From NCBI GenBank assembly GCA_040235565.1, contig JBECLA010000043.1, positions 4,687-68,686 of the forward strand: a stretch of 64,000 nt of DNA, read 5' to 3'. A model generated the notes under the pieces. That model was given only the letters and a program-made list of their open reading frames with translations. It made no database searches and had not been told where the DNA came from. The position numbers and the translations under genes are program-made. The number at the start of each line of letters is the position of its first letter. The stretch's first letter is position 1. This document shows positions 9,938 through 20,139 of this stretch, one piece after another. The stretch is from Thiohalomonadales bacterium. Lineage in GTDB: Bacteria > Pseudomonadota > Gammaproteobacteria > UBA6429 > Thiohalophilaceae.

Positions 9938-10969
9938 TCAGGGCAACAATGCAATGGTGTTCAGCCCGCTGGTTTCAGCCAGACCAAACATGATGTTCAT
10001 ATTCTGCACCGCCTGGCCGGCCGCCCCCTTCACCAGGTTGTCGATCACGGACAGCACCACCAGCGTATTCCCGCCCTGCGGCCGGTGGAGGCTGATGCGG
10101 CAGGTATTGGCACCCCGCACACTGCGGGTTTCCGGATGACTGCCAACGGGTAGCACGTCCACAAAGGGCTCGTTCGCATAGCGCGATTCGTATACCTGTT
10201 GTAAATCGGCCGCGTCGCCGGTCAGTTCAGCGTACAGGGTGGCGTGAATGCCCCGAATCATGGGGGTAAGGTGGGGTACAAATGTCAGCCCCACGGCAGA
10301 AGCCGTAACCCTTTGCAGACCCTGGCGAATTTCGGGTAAATGGCGATGACCGGGTACCGCGTAGGCCTTGAAACTCTCGCTGGCCTCACCCAGCAAAGTA
10401 CCGACATTAGCCTTACGACCGGCGCCGCTGACGCCTGATTTGGCATCGGCAATCAGCCGCGAGGCATCCACCAGCTTGCTCTCCAGTAACGGCAAGAAAC
10501 CCAGCTGCACCGCGGTGGGATAGCAGCCGGGATTGGCCACCAGTCGCGCCTGCGCCACCGCCGCGCGGTTGACCTCCGGCAGGCCGTAGACCGCTTCTTG
10601 CAGCAAGTCCGGACAGGCATGCGGCTGGCCATACCACTCGGCCCATTCAGCCGGATCCTTGAGCCGAAAATCGGCCGCCAGATCGATCACCCGCACCCCG
10701 GCCTCCAGCAATGCCGGAACATGTTGCATGGCAATCCCGTTGGGAGTGGCGAAAAACACCACGTCACACTCGGTCAGGCCGGCCTGGTCCGGTTCGCAAA
10801 AGGCCAGCTCCACGTGGCCGCGCAGGTTGGGAAACATATCCGCCACGGCCAATCCCGCCTCGGAACGCGAGGTAATGGCACTGAGCTCCACTTCCGGATG
10901 GGCGGCCAGGAGACGTAATAATTCCACGCCGGTATAGCCGGTGCCGCCGACAATTGCTGCCTTGATCAT
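9938..10969 (-). CDS. argC: N-acetyl-gamma-glutamyl-phosphate reductase
   Basis: N-terminal Rossmann motif [15 protein letters not shown], active-site region NPGCYPT, length 343 aa. Confidence 0.95.
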   Translation of the reverse strand: MIKAAIVGGTGYTGVELLRLLAAHPEVELSAITSRSEAGLAVADMFPNLRGHVELAFCEPDQAGLTECDVVFFATPNGIAMQHVPALLEAGVRVIDLAADFRLKDPAEWAEWYGQPHACPDLLQEAVYGLPEVNRAAVAQARLVANPGCYPTAVQLGFLPLLESKLVDASRLIADAKSGVSGAGRKANVGTLLGEASESFKAYAVPGHRHLPEIRQGLQRVTASAVGLTFVPHLTPMIRGIHATLYAELTGDAADLQQVYESRYANEPFVDVLPVGSHPETRSVRGANTCRISLHRPQGGNTLVVLSVIDNLVKGAAGQAVQNMNIMFGLAETSGLNTIALLP

Positions 10970-11114
10970 GTTTGCCGCTCTGTCTGCATTAATATGGGTC
11001 AGAAACGGCTAATGATAAGTGCTGGGGAAACAATAAGAAAGACCTCACTCTTCAGAGGAGTTCTGCAAAATGGGGCGAATCACAAAATGGGCACTATGTT
11101 GTGAATGGAAGCAT

Positions 11115-12647
11115 CTATTCTTCGTCTTCAAGTTCAATACTATCCCAGTCAATAGTGGAACCGCTTAGGACGCCTTCTGCACCGAGGATATTTCCAGGCA
11201 ATACGGTTGCAAAGAATATTTCGCGAGTTATCTGGGTATCCTCTGGGCCTTCAAATTCACCGATGTTCGTTGTATCAATATCAATTCCTAGAATAGTCAC
11301 CTCAGGTTCAATGATACTTGCGACTGGACCCTGTAGCTTGACCTTATTTTCATTAGAACCATCTTTAATTTTGATTTCCTCAGCAAATACGACCGCCGTA
11401 CCGCTTCCGCTGAGTAGACGTCCTCGTACCTCGACATAGTCAGGGTTGGTATTAGTGCCGGAATTGGTTAAGCGATCCGCCAACGTTGCGAGATCGTTAG
11501 CATCTTCACTTATTTTACTGAGGTTGGTGACTTGCACGGTTATCTCTGCCAGGTTGGTAAGGTCAAATGTCACGCTCTCACTGGTTACCGTGAGAACGTT
11601 AGCTACACGCGCATGGAGTTCGATCTCATCATGAAAACGGATTTCTTCAGCAATCAGGGTGCCAGCCTGCCATCGACCTTCGACTTCCAATCGCATACCT
11701 TCGATAATATCGCTGGCGAGCCCACCCTTATAAATGGTGCTTGAGGTAGTTTGTATCACTTCATTTCCCAAGTTAAACCGACCACTGGCACTAAACATTG
11801 ATGTGTCACTGACGATACCTTCATATTCCACTTCATCATTATCACTACCATCAATATCGTCTTCCTGCTCAATAGTTAAAGCGTCAACCAGGTTGCCGTC
11901 ATAGTTACCCTTTACCTCCACTTGCATACCTTCTTGTATGCCACTAGATGGCAATTCCGCAGTAGTGTAATCAATAAGCAAACCGTTTATGGTAAATGTT
12001 TGATCTACGAGGTTAAGACTCAGTGCATCTATAACGCCTTTCAGTTCAACCGCATTACCAATTGAAAAGCTCCCGTGATATTCCAGATAACCGGCTCGAA
12101 TTTGTCCAGCTTCATCCCGCAAACCGCTGATTTCGACCAAATCATTAATACTTATTCCCGCTATGGTGGTGCCATTCAGAATGGTTTGATTGTCGATGAT
12201 CACTTGTTGTCCCATCACTTGTATACGCAAACTAGTAGCATCTTGCTGTGTCGCGGCATCAAGTGACGTGATGTTTTCCACCGGCCCTTCCACACTGTCG
12301 TTGTAATACACCGCATCAGCCGTACCGGTTTTACCATCTGCATTAAATCTACCGACTACACGAACCACCTGGCCTTCACTGAAACCTTCTGCTAAAAGAA
12401 ATGCGCCTGTACCGTCTGTTGGGTCCGCTGGATCATCGACACGCACTCCCTCGACATGGATAGCCGCATTATCGGTATTGAATGTCACACCATTGACCTT
12501 GATGCTGCCAATGCCCGTTACGGTACCGGTACTGATACCCGTGCCCCCGATGCCACCTTCAGCTACCGCCAAGGGATCACCACAACTTCCCAGCAAGAAG
12601 CTTCCTACCAGTGGCAGTATTAAAATTGTATTAAGTATTTTGTTCAT
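11115..12647 (-). CDS. Secreted lipoprotein built from repeated small beta-barrel modules (DUF5666-like, from memory)
   Basis: Lipobox LLGSCG after the signal peptide when started at ATG 12647. At least five recurring modules of the form xVEVxG...(A/V)xxI (VVRVVGRF, LVEISGLR, QVEVKGNY, RLEVEGRW, YVEVRGRL). The DNA is visibly AT-richer than its neighbours. Confidence 0.7.
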   Translation of the reverse strand: MNKILNTILILPLVGSFLLGSCGDPLAVAEGGIGGTGISTGTVTGIGSIKVNGVTFNTDNAAIHVEGVRVDDPADPTDGTGAFLLAEGFSEGQVVRVVGRFNADGKTGTADAVYYNDSVEGPVENITSLDAATQQDATSLRIQVMGQQVIIDNQTILNGTTIAGISINDLVEISGLRDEAGQIRAGYLEYHGSFSIGNAVELKGVIDALSLNLVDQTFTINGLLIDYTTAELPSSGIQEGMQVEVKGNYDGNLVDALTIEQEDDIDGSDNDEVEYEGIVSDTSMFSASGRFNLGNEVIQTTSSTIYKGGLASDIIEGMRLEVEGRWQAGTLIAEEIRFHDEIELHARVANVLTVTSESVTFDLTNLAEITVQVTNLSKISEDANDLATLADRLTNSGTNTNPDYVEVRGRLLSGSGTAVVFAEEIKIKDGSNENKVKLQGPVASIIEPEVTILGIDIDTTNIGEFEGPEDTQITREIFFATVLPGNILGAEGVLSGSTIDWDSIELEDEE

Positions 12648-13497
12648 CGGGGTTATCCCGGCTTTCGCCTTCGGGGTTTTCAAAATAATAAATGCCAAGA
12701 CCGGCCACATTACGCCCCGTCCCTTCAGCTGACGGATTCACATCACGGTCATGTTTCGCCAACCAGAGATTGAATTCCTCCAGCAATTTCTGTGCTTTCC
12801 TGGCGGTAAGTTCTTGAAATTCTGGCAACGCTTGGTCCGGTAAATTGTCGTAGCGCACCTTGCGTTGAAAGTATTTTCGCTCAGTCGCGGGATCGAGGTT
12901 GTGATCTATTGTTGAAATCAGCGCACTGGTATCCGCGCCGAGGATATACAATTTATCCACTTCACTTTCATGGGGAATATAGGCGTTGGCCATTAGGCGG
13001 ACCTTGCCGTCCTCAAGACGCTCGACATTCCCCACTCGCAACAACTCGTCGAGAATGGCCCGGGCAGGAACATCACCGCTATATTTTTTAACCAGCGCGG
13101 TAAAAGAAGTTTCGCCTTCAAATGGCAAATCGCCCGGCTTACCCTCACCTGATTGATAGCTGTTATCAAATAACCAGCCACCGATTACCCGTGCAGCGCG
13201 GTTATAACGTTCCTCTTCCGCCGCATCATCCGGACGGGGTAAATCCTGTACCCGGCTCACCTCCTTGCGGCTCAGACCGGTAATTACCGCCACCCGCGAG
13301 ACGGATTGCTTGCGTCCGGGGATACCGAATTCCCTGGTGGCCACATCAACATAGACCCACTTGGCCAGATCGGCGAAGGTGCCATAGGAAATACCATTCC
13401 GTAACAGTACCCGCACCAAGGGACGCAGAATACGCAGGGTCGCTGCTGAGAGGGCTTGTACCAGGGTTTTACTCATACTTTGGGACCGTATTCCCAA
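12631..13497 (-). CDS. Hypothetical protein with an N-terminal helix-turn-helix-like region
   Basis: 288-aa ORF whose stop overlaps the lipoprotein start by 17 nt. The segment SVSRVAVITGLSRKEVSRV looks HTH-like. I cannot confirm a family. Confidence 0.55.
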   Translation of the reverse strand: MGIRSQSMSKTLVQALSAATLRILRPLVRVLLRNGISYGTFADLAKWVYVDVATREFGIPGRKQSVSRVAVITGLSRKEVSRVQDLPRPDDAAEEERYNRAARVIGGWLFDNSYQSGEGKPGDLPFEGETSFTALVKKYSGDVPARAILDELLRVGNVERLEDGKVRLMANAYIPHESEVDKLYILGADTSALISTIDHNLDPATERKYFQRKVRYDNLPDQALPEFQELTARKAQKLLEEFNLWLAKHDRDVNPSAEGTGRNVAGLGIYYFENPEGESRDNPDEQNT

Positions 13498-13790
13498 TCA
13501 GAATGAAAATCAAGAAAATGAGGATGTTATCGCAATATTGATGAACTGTGCTCAACGCAGCTCTTGGTGAACCTAATTCTGTTTGGCAATAAAAAAGCGG
13601 CCAGTGGCCGCCAAATAAAAGTACCTTTGTTGTTTTTATGAAAGCGAACGGTTACCCCCTTGCTTGAGGCATAACGCTATCCCACACGCTTTGCAGGGTC
13701 AAGTCATTTTCGCCTAATCCTTTGTCCGGAAACCGTATTTCGCCCACCCTGAAACCCAAATTAGCGGATCATGATAAACTCACAAGCACC

Positions 13791-15104
13791 ATGTATCGCC
13801 ATCATCTTCGTCGAACTCATCGCCGCCTGTTTTCCCGCAAGGCCTGGCGCATGCGGCTGGTCTTCTGGGGCAGCGCACTCATCATCGGTGGCGTTGCCGC
13901 CGGTTTCGCCTTGAGTGCCCGCTACGCCGACGGATTTTTTCATCAGCTCTATCATCGTTCACCGCTGCTGGCGTACCTGCTCACCCCGCTGGGACTCGCC
14001 GGGATCGCCTTCATCACGCAACGCTTTTTTAAAGGCACCGAAGGCAGCGGTATTCCCCAGGCCATCGCCGCCCTGTCAATGCGCAGTCATGCATTGCGCT
14101 CCCGGGTCTTGTCCCTGAGAGTCGCAGTGGGAAAAATCTTGCTTACCAGTCTGGGCCTGTTTTGTGGCGCCTCGATCGGACGCGAAGGTCCAACCGTGCA
14201 TATCGGCGCCTCCATCATGTATTCGCTGCGCCGCATTGCGCCCTTTCGTGGCAGGGATATGACCCGTAACCTGATTCTGGCCGGTGGCGCCGCCGGGATT
14301 TCGGCGGCTTTCAATACCCCCCTGGCGGGCATTATTTTCGCCATTGAGGAAATGAGCCGCTCCTATGAACATCGTACCAGTGGCACCCTGTTAATCAGTG
14401 TGGTACTGGCAGGTATTACCGCCCTGATGATCCTGGGTAATTACACCTATTTCGGTTCCACCAACGCGACCCTGCCGCTCAGCAACGCCTGGCTGGCCGT
14501 ACTCATCTGTGGGGTGATCGGTGGTCTGTTGGGCGGGATGTTTGCCACCGGCCTGATTGAGGGCACGCGGAAAATTGCGCCGCTGGCACGGCGCCACCCT
14601 GTCGGTCTGGCCTTCGGTTGCGGCGTGTTGTTGAGTCTGTTCGGTTTCCTGTCGGGAGGGATGACCTACGGAACCGGTTATGAAGAAGCGAAGTACCTGG
14701 TCACCGGCGGAGAACCGGAAATGGCTTTCCCGGTATTAAAGTTGCTTGCCACGGTAGTGTCCTATCTCAGTGGCATCCCGGGCGGGATTTTTGCCCCCTC
14801 CCTGTCTATCGGTGCCGGCATTGGGGCGGATCTTTCGGTCATTTTCCCGGCGGCGCCTGTCGCCGCCATCGTCATGCTGGGCATGGTAGGGTATTTCAGT
14901 GGCGTGGTGCAGGCCCCCATCACCGCCTTTGTGATTGTGATGGAGATGACCGATGATACCGGCATGCTGCTGCCGCTGATTGCGACCGCACTGATCGCCA
15001 AGGTGGTCTCCCATCTTGTTTGCCCGCGGCCTATCTATCAGGCACTGGCGGATGCCTATCTGAGCCGCAACGAACCGATAGTCGCCACCGCAAAGTCAAA
15101 ATGA
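13791..15104 (+). CDS. ClC-family chloride channel / H+-Cl- antiporter
   Basis: Selectivity motifs GSGIP, GREGP and GIFAP are present, and the protein is polytopic. I prefer the ATG at 13791 to the TTG at 13722. Confidence 0.85.
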   Translation: MYRHHLRRTHRRLFSRKAWRMRLVFWGSALIIGGVAAGFALSARYADGFFHQLYHRSPLLAYLLTPLGLAGIAFITQRFFKGTEGSGIPQAIAALSMRSHALRSRVLSLRVAVGKILLTSLGLFCGASIGREGPTVHIGASIMYSLRRIAPFRGRDMTRNLILAGGAAGISAAFNTPLAGIIFAIEEMSRSYEHRTSGTLLISVVLAGITALMILGNYTYFGSTNATLPLSNAWLAVLICGVIGGLLGGMFATGLIEGTRKIAPLARRHPVGLAFGCGVLLSLFGFLSGGMTYGTGYEEAKYLVTGGEPEMAFPVLKLLATVVSYLSGIPGGIFAPSLSIGAGIGADLSVIFPAAPVAAIVMLGMVGYFSGVVQAPITAFVIVMEMTDDTGMLLPLIATALIAKVVSHLVCPRPIYQALADAYLSRNEPIVATAKSK

Positions 15105-15610
15105 AACGCGCACATACAGGATTCGGTATGCTACTCCTGGTGCTGCTGCTGGCTGGCGGCTATTACTGGCTTGGCCCCAGCTATGCTCCGGCAGCACCTG
15201 CAGTCGATTTCAAGATCATTGACGGGCGCACTCTCAACCTCCAACAATTCGCCGGTCAACCGGTACTGGTGGTTTTCTGGGCGACAACCTGTCCGGGATG
15301 CGTCAAGGAAATACCGCACTTGATCGAACTGTACGAGGAGCTGGCACCGCGGGGGCTGGAGGTCATTGGGGTCGCGATGGCCTATGATCCCCCCAACCAG
15401 GTAGTGGAAATGCAGCAACGCAAGCAGATCCCCTATCCGATTGCCCTGGATGTGCAAGGCAAGGTCGCCTCCGCCTTCGGGAATGTCCAGCAAACACCGA
15501 CCTCATTTCTGATCAATCCACAGGGGCGAATCGCAAAACAAGCCATCGGCAGGTTGAACATGTCGCAACTACGCGCGGAGTTACATGCAATGTTATCAAA
15601 AGGAGGCTGA
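15101..15610 (+). CDS. Periplasmic thiol:disulfide oxidoreductase (TlpA/ResA-like thioredoxin fold)
   Basis: Signal anchor plus a WATTCPGC (CxxC) motif. The ATG at 15101 overlaps the ClC stop (ATGA). Confidence 0.8.
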   Translation: MKRAHTGFGMLLLVLLLAGGYYWLGPSYAPAAPAVDFKIIDGRTLNLQQFAGQPVLVVFWATTCPGCVKEIPHLIELYEELAPRGLEVIGVAMAYDPPNQVVEMQQRKQIPYPIALDVQGKVASAFGNVQQTPTSFLINPQGRIAKQAIGRLNMSQLRAELHAMLSKGG

Positions 15611-15611
15611 T

Positions 15612-16049
15612 ATGCTGTGGGCCTGGTTAAAAGCGTTTCATATTATCTTTATGGTGACCTGGTTTGCCGGACTCTTCTATTTACCTCGTCTGTTTGTTTA
15701 TCACGCCATGGCTGAAGATGCCGCAACTCGCGAGCACCTCAAGATAATGGAGCGCAAGCTCTATAAGTTTGTGACTCCCCTGATGTGGTTGATGGTGGGT
15801 TTTGGCATAGGACTGATCATTGTCAATGGTGCGGAATGGTTCGCACTGCAAACCTGGTTACATATCAAGTTGTTTCTGGTGGCTATCCTCATCGCATATC
15901 ATTTTTATTGCGGGAAAATTGTCAGGGATTTCCAGGATGATAACAAAATTCGTAACCACGTATTCTACCGCTGGGTCAACGAGATTCCGGTCCTGTTTTT
16001 ATTTGCTATCGTAATACTGGCGGTGATTAAACAACCACCAAGCGCTTGA
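15612..16049 (+). CDS. hemJ: HemJ-type protoporphyrinogen IX oxidase
   Basis: N-terminus MLWAWLKAFHIIFMVTWFAGLFYLPRLFVYH is typical of HemJ (UPF0093). Four TM helices. AGGAGG lies 5 nt upstream of the ATG at 15612. Confidence 0.85.
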   Translation: MLWAWLKAFHIIFMVTWFAGLFYLPRLFVYHAMAEDAATREHLKIMERKLYKFVTPLMWLMVGFGIGLIIVNGAEWFALQTWLHIKLFLVAILIAYHFYCGKIVRDFQDDNKIRNHVFYRWVNEIPVLFLFAIVILAVIKQPPSA

Positions 16050-16095
16050 TAAGCTGCGTTATTCATATCTTCTTTAATTATTAAGGAGGTCTTGA

Positions 16096-16569
16096 GTGAA
16101 CATACTTTTGATCGCAATAGTTTTACTGGCAACAGGTCAGGTTCAGGCTGCAACTGACAACAGAGATTGGCGTCAAGGCGGTACTGATAAGGAAAGACTT
16201 GAAAATGTTGTGCGTGTCATCCCCAGCGCAGCAGACATCATGTTCCAGATGGGAGAACGGTATCGTAATCTGTATTGGGCCGGCAAACAAGGTAAATGGA
16301 AATTTGCACAATACCAGACTGAAGAAATGCACCGTCTGATTGAGAAACTCATTATCACTCGTCCTAACAGAGCGGCTACTGCTGAAACGTTTTTGCGCGA
16401 CGCCTTTGAGGGTTTTGAAATCGCCATTACCGATAAAGATTGGAAAAAATTCACGGCGGCCTTTGAACATATGCGTGAACGGTGTATGGCGTGTCATATC
16501 CAGAATGAGCATGCGTTCGTTGAGCTGAATAAACGACCGGCAAAAGGCAACAGTCCGGTGCTGGATTAA
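16096..16569 (+). CDS. Secreted helical protein with a single C-terminal CxxCH haem-binding motif (class II cytochrome c-like)
   Basis: Signal peptide MNILLIAIVLLATGQVQA. A single CMACH motif lies about 25 residues from the C-terminus, as in cytochrome c-prime/c556 four-helix bundles. GTG start. Confidence 0.5.
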   Translation: MNILLIAIVLLATGQVQAATDNRDWRQGGTDKERLENVVRVIPSAADIMFQMGERYRNLYWAGKQGKWKFAQYQTEEMHRLIEKLIITRPNRAATAETFLRDAFEGFEIAITDKDWKKFTAAFEHMRERCMACHIQNEHAFVELNKRPAKGNSPVLD

Positions 16570-16621
16570 ACAGCAGGATTGTGGGACTTGGCCATTAGAC
16601 GTCATTACAGAGTTAATCACG

Positions 16622-17188
16622 ATGGATATTAAGCAGGATCTGATTCGCTACTACCGCTGGTTACGCCAATACGGGATTAATGATTCCCACAGTGGTAATG
16701 CCTCGGTGCGTGACGACAATACCATCTGGGTCACACCTACCGGTGCTTGTGCTGATACTTTAAAGGCTGACGCTCTGGTGGCTTGCAGTGTGGGAGGATC
16801 AATAGGCAAAGGGGCTTCCCTGGATGCCACCCTGCATGTCGCCGTCTACCAACAGAATCCCAAAGCGCGGGCCGTGCTGCACAGTCACGGTGCTCACACC
16901 GTCGCTCTCACCATGAACGGGGAAGATTTCCTTCCGGCTGACTTCGAAGGGCAATATTATTTCCCTCGGGTACCGGTGATCACTATCGCTTACGATCGAT
17001 ACCTCAAGGACGCGCCGCGCCTGGTCGCCAGCACCCTGGCGGAATATCCTATTGCGGTCGTACGCGGTCACGGCATCTATGCGCAGGCAGAATCACTTAA
17101 CCTTGCCTACAAGTGGACCTGTTCACTGGAACTGTCAGCCAGAACGGCATTTCTCGCCAGGCAGGCCGGGACCTTACCCGCCTCATAA
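16622..17188 (+). CDS. Class II aldolase/adducin-family protein
   Basis: HSGNASVR near the N-terminus and the metal-binding His cluster LHSHGAH; ~190 aa. Confidence 0.8.
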   Translation: MDIKQDLIRYYRWLRQYGINDSHSGNASVRDDNTIWVTPTGACADTLKADALVACSVGGSIGKGASLDATLHVAVYQQNPKARAVLHSHGAHTVALTMNGEDFLPADFEGQYYFPRVPVITIAYDRYLKDAPRLVASTLAEYPIAVVRGHGIYAQAESLNLAYKWTCSLELSARTAFLARQAGTLPAS

Positions 17189-17286
17189 ATACGGGTTACC
17201 TGAACAGTCACTCCCCGTCCTGTCAGCCTCGCCACCCCGGGCAAGGATGTTACAATGCCTTATCTCAATCTGTAGTTCTAACTGTT

Positions 17287-18090
17287 ATGCCCCACTCCCA
17301 ACAGATACCTGTCGTGATGTGCTTTGCCGGCCTGGACAGTACCGGCGGCGCTGGTATACAGGCGGATATTGAAGCCGTCGCCAGCATGGGTTGTCATGCT
17401 GCACCCATCGTCACCGCACTGACAGTCCAGGACACCCAGCGGGTAATTGATTTCAGCCCGGTGGATACCAACGTATTCATCACCCAGGCCCGTGCGGTAC
17501 TGGAAGATATGCCCATTGCTGCCTTCAAAATCGGCATGCTGGGTGATGTGCGCATCATCGAGGCATTGCATACCCTCTTGACCGACTACCCGGACATCCC
17601 GGTCGTTCTGGATCCGGTGCTTAGCGGTGGCGGCGGAGGGGAATTAAGCACGCCGGAAATGATCGCTGCGCTCAGCAACCTGCTTCTTCCCCAGGTCACG
17701 GTGTTGACACCCAACAGCATTGAAGCCCGCACCCTCGCGCCGGAGTGTGACACGCTTGAAGCCTGTGGACAGGGATTATTGGACAAGGGTTGTGAATTTG
17801 TCTTGCTCACCGGTACTCACGAAGAAGCCGAACAGGTTGAGAACCGCCTGTTTGGTAACCGCCGGCTGCTGGAAACCTTTATCTGGGAACGCTTGCCCCA
17901 TGACTATCATGGCTCCGGCTGCACCCTGGCGGCGGCCATCGCCGGGTTGCTGGCACAGGGACTGGAACCGTTCACCGCCATTCACGAAGCTCAGGAATAC
18001 ACCTGGGAAACCCTGCGGCACGGTTATCGCGTGGGTATGGGGCAACTCCTGCCCAATCGGTTGTTCTGGGCCCGCGGCGAAGAAGACTGA
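17287..18090 (+). CDS. thiD: Hydroxymethylpyrimidine/phosphomethylpyrimidine kinase
   Basis: AGLDSTGGAGIQADI N-terminal motif and C-terminal GSGCTLAAAIA. The start is set at ATG 17287. The longer track ORF would overlap the aldolase gene. Confidence 0.93.
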   Translation: MPHSQQIPVVMCFAGLDSTGGAGIQADIEAVASMGCHAAPIVTALTVQDTQRVIDFSPVDTNVFITQARAVLEDMPIAAFKIGMLGDVRIIEALHTLLTDYPDIPVVLDPVLSGGGGGELSTPEMIAALSNLLLPQVTVLTPNSIEARTLAPECDTLEACGQGLLDKGCEFVLLTGTHEEAEQVENRLFGNRRLLETFIWERLPHDYHGSGCTLAAAIAGLLAQGLEPFTAIHEAQEYTWETLRHGYRVGMGQLLPNRLFWARGEED

Positions 18091-18095
18091 ACCCA

Positions 18096-18721
18096 TGCGC
18101 GATCCCCGTTTCCGCGGCGTCTATGCCATTACTGATCCTGTTTTGTGTAAGACGCAGTTAAACGACAAAGTGCTTGCCGCAATTGAGGGCGGTATTCGCA
18201 TCCTGCAATACCGTAACAAACAGGCCCCTCGTGAGCGCCAGTATGAAGAAGCAAGTGATTTGTTGAGCTTGTGTCGTCAGCACGATGTGCTGTTCATCAT
18301 TAATGATGATCTTGAACTTGCGGCTGAGGTCAAGGCTGATGGTGTCCATCTTGGACAAGGGGACCGAACTGTGGTCGAGGCCCGTCAACAACTGGGCACG
18401 GATAAAATCATTGGTATCTCCTGCAACAATCGCTTCGAGTACGCCCTGGCCGCACAGCAGCAAGGGGCAGACTATGTGGCCTTCGGCCGTTTTTTTCCTT
18501 CCCGTACCAAACCGCAGGCACCGCAGGCGAAACTTGAATTACTGCACCGTGCCCGCAGTGAACTGCAGCTTCCGGTAGTCGCAATTGGCGGCATTACTCC
18601 GGCGAACGGTCGGCAATTGATCCAGGCCGGTGCGGATATGCTCGCAGTGATCCATGGTATATTTGCCCGGCATGACGTGCGCCAGGCAGCACACGACTAT
18701 GCCGCATTGTTTCAACATTGA
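18096..18721 (+). CDS. thiE: Thiamine-phosphate synthase
   Basis: GVYAITD N-terminus, INDDLELA, GVHLGQGD, AIGGI motifs. The start is set at ATG 18096, just after the thiD stop. Confidence 0.93.
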
Positions 18722-18775
18722 GTTTTATTCTTTACGAGTTTCGTTTACCACCAGTTAGCAAGCAAGGATTCCAGC

Positions 18776-20056
18776 ATGAGCCGTTCACACGATCTCTTTA
18801 TTCAAGCCCAGCAACACATTCCCGGTGGCGTCAATTCGCCCGTGCGTGCTTTCAAGGGAGTGGGAGGCGATCCGGTTTTTTTCAAACGCGCCAAGGGTTC
18901 CTATGTTTACGATGAGGACAACCGGCAATACATCGACTATGTGGCATCCTGGGGCCCCATGGTCGTTGGCCATGCCCATGACGAAGTACTGGCAGCAGTA
19001 CAGGAAACGATGCAGAACGGTTTGAGCTTCGGGGCCCCCACTGAACTGGAGACCCGCATGGCCGACAAGGTGTGCGAACTGATGCCATCCATTGACCTGG
19101 TACGCATGGTCAGCTCCGGCACCGAAGCCACCATGTCGGCCTTGCGCCTGGCGCGCGGCTTCACCGGACGCGACAAGATCATCAAGTTCGAAGGCTGCTA
19201 CCACGGGCATTCGGATTCTCTCCTGGTCAAGGCCGGATCAGGTGCCCTGACCCTGGGCGTGCCGACCTCACCCGGAGTCCCGGCCAGCCTGGCAGAACAC
19301 ACCATCACCCTGACCTACAATGACAGCCAGCAGGTGCGTGACACCTTCGCCCGGATTGGTGAGGAGATCGCCTGTATCATCGTCGAACCGGTTGCCGGCA
19401 ACATGAATTGCATCCCGCCTGTCCCCGGCTTTCTGGAGACTTTACGCGAGGTGTGTGATGAATACGGCAGTGTTTTAATTCTGGATGAGGTGATGACGGG
19501 TTTTCGGGTCAGTCTCGGCGGCGCCCAGGGTTACTATGGCATTACCCCGGATCTCACCACCCTGGGTAAAGTGATCGGCGGCGGTATGCCAGTCGGCGCC
19601 TTCGGTGGCAAACGGGAGATCATGGAACATATCGCGCCATTGGGCCCTGTCTATCAGGCGGGAACCCTCTCGGGTAATCCGGTCGCCATGGCCGCCGGCC
19701 TGAAAACCCTGGAACTCATCGCCACGTCCAACTTCTTTGAAAAGCTGGCAGACAAGACAAGTGCCATGGCCGAAGGACTGCGCATGCATGCCAGTGCGGC
19801 GGGCATCCCTCTGACCACCAATGAGGTTGGCGGGATGTTCGGGTACTTCTTTACTGAAGAAGAAAAGGTCACGAATTTTGCCCAGGTGAGCAGCTGTGAT
19901 ATCGAGCGTTTCAAGAAGTTTTATCACGGCATGCTACAGGAAGGGATCTATCTGGCACCGTCGGCATTTGAAGCGGGCTTTGTTTCCAGTATGCACAGCG
20001 ATGATGATATTGCGGATACTCTGGCCGCGGCAGACAAGGTGCTGGCAAAACTCTGA
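18776..20056 (+). CDS. hemL: Glutamate-1-semialdehyde 2,1-aminomutase
   Basis: [13 protein letters not shown]-terminal motif, a PLP-lysine region ([10 protein letters not shown]; the assignment of the PLP lysine is from memory), length 426 aa. Confidence 0.97.
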   Translation: MSRSHDLFIQAQQHIPGGVNSPVRAFKGVGGDPVFFKRAKGSYVYDEDNRQYIDYVASWGPMVVGHAHDEVLAAVQETMQNGLSFGAPTELETRMADKVCELMPSIDLVRMVSSGTEATMSALRLARGFTGRDKIIKFEGCYHGHSDSLLVKAGSGALTLGVPTSPGVPASLAEHTITLTYNDSQQVRDTFARIGEEIACIIVEPVAGNMNCIPPVPGFLETLREVCDEYGSVLILDEVMTGFRVSLGGAQGYYGITPDLTTLGKVIGGGMPVGAFGGKREIMEHIAPLGPVYQAGTLSGNPVAMAAGLKTLELIATSNFFEKLADKTSAMAEGLRMHASAAGIPLTTNEVGGMFGYFFTEEEKVTNFAQVSSCDIERFKKFYHGMLQEGIYLAPSAFEAGFVSSMHSDDDIADTLAAADKVLAKL

Positions 20057-20139
20057 ACCTAACGACGTGGACAATCGTGGCGTCATTGTTCACCTCTTGT
20101 TCATATCTGCCAGGCCACGCAAACTGAGCACCTAGCAGA

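Noticed and set aside
13597-13611. GC hairpin (gcggcc-agt-ggccgc) flanked by A-runs in the divergent promoter region between 13497 and 13791. It looks like a bidirectional terminator.
   Set aside because: Both flanking genes point away from it, so it terminates nothing obvious. The stem is short. It is possibly a remnant or an operator, with too little evidence for a call.
17113-17286. Upstream extensions in the ORF track: thiD from 17113, thiE from 17720, moaC from 30877, the 197-aa ORF 30823-31416, the GltS-like gene from 35187, and the large membrane protein from 60594.
   Set aside because: The extensions overlap neighbouring genes or add non-homologous, Arg/Cys-rich sequence ahead of a canonical family N-terminus or signal peptide. 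Internal ATG starts give the expected protein N-termini.
17189-17286. Looked for a TPP riboswitch upstream of thiD, and for a Moco riboswitch in the moaD/moaC divergent spacer (31057-31149).
   Set aside because: I could not find the conserved TPP core (CUGAGA ... ACCUGAUCUGGAUAAUGCCAGCG-like) or a Moco-like motif by eye. The thiC leader, where a TPP riboswitch would be expected, lies beyond the window end. An Rfam scan would settle this.
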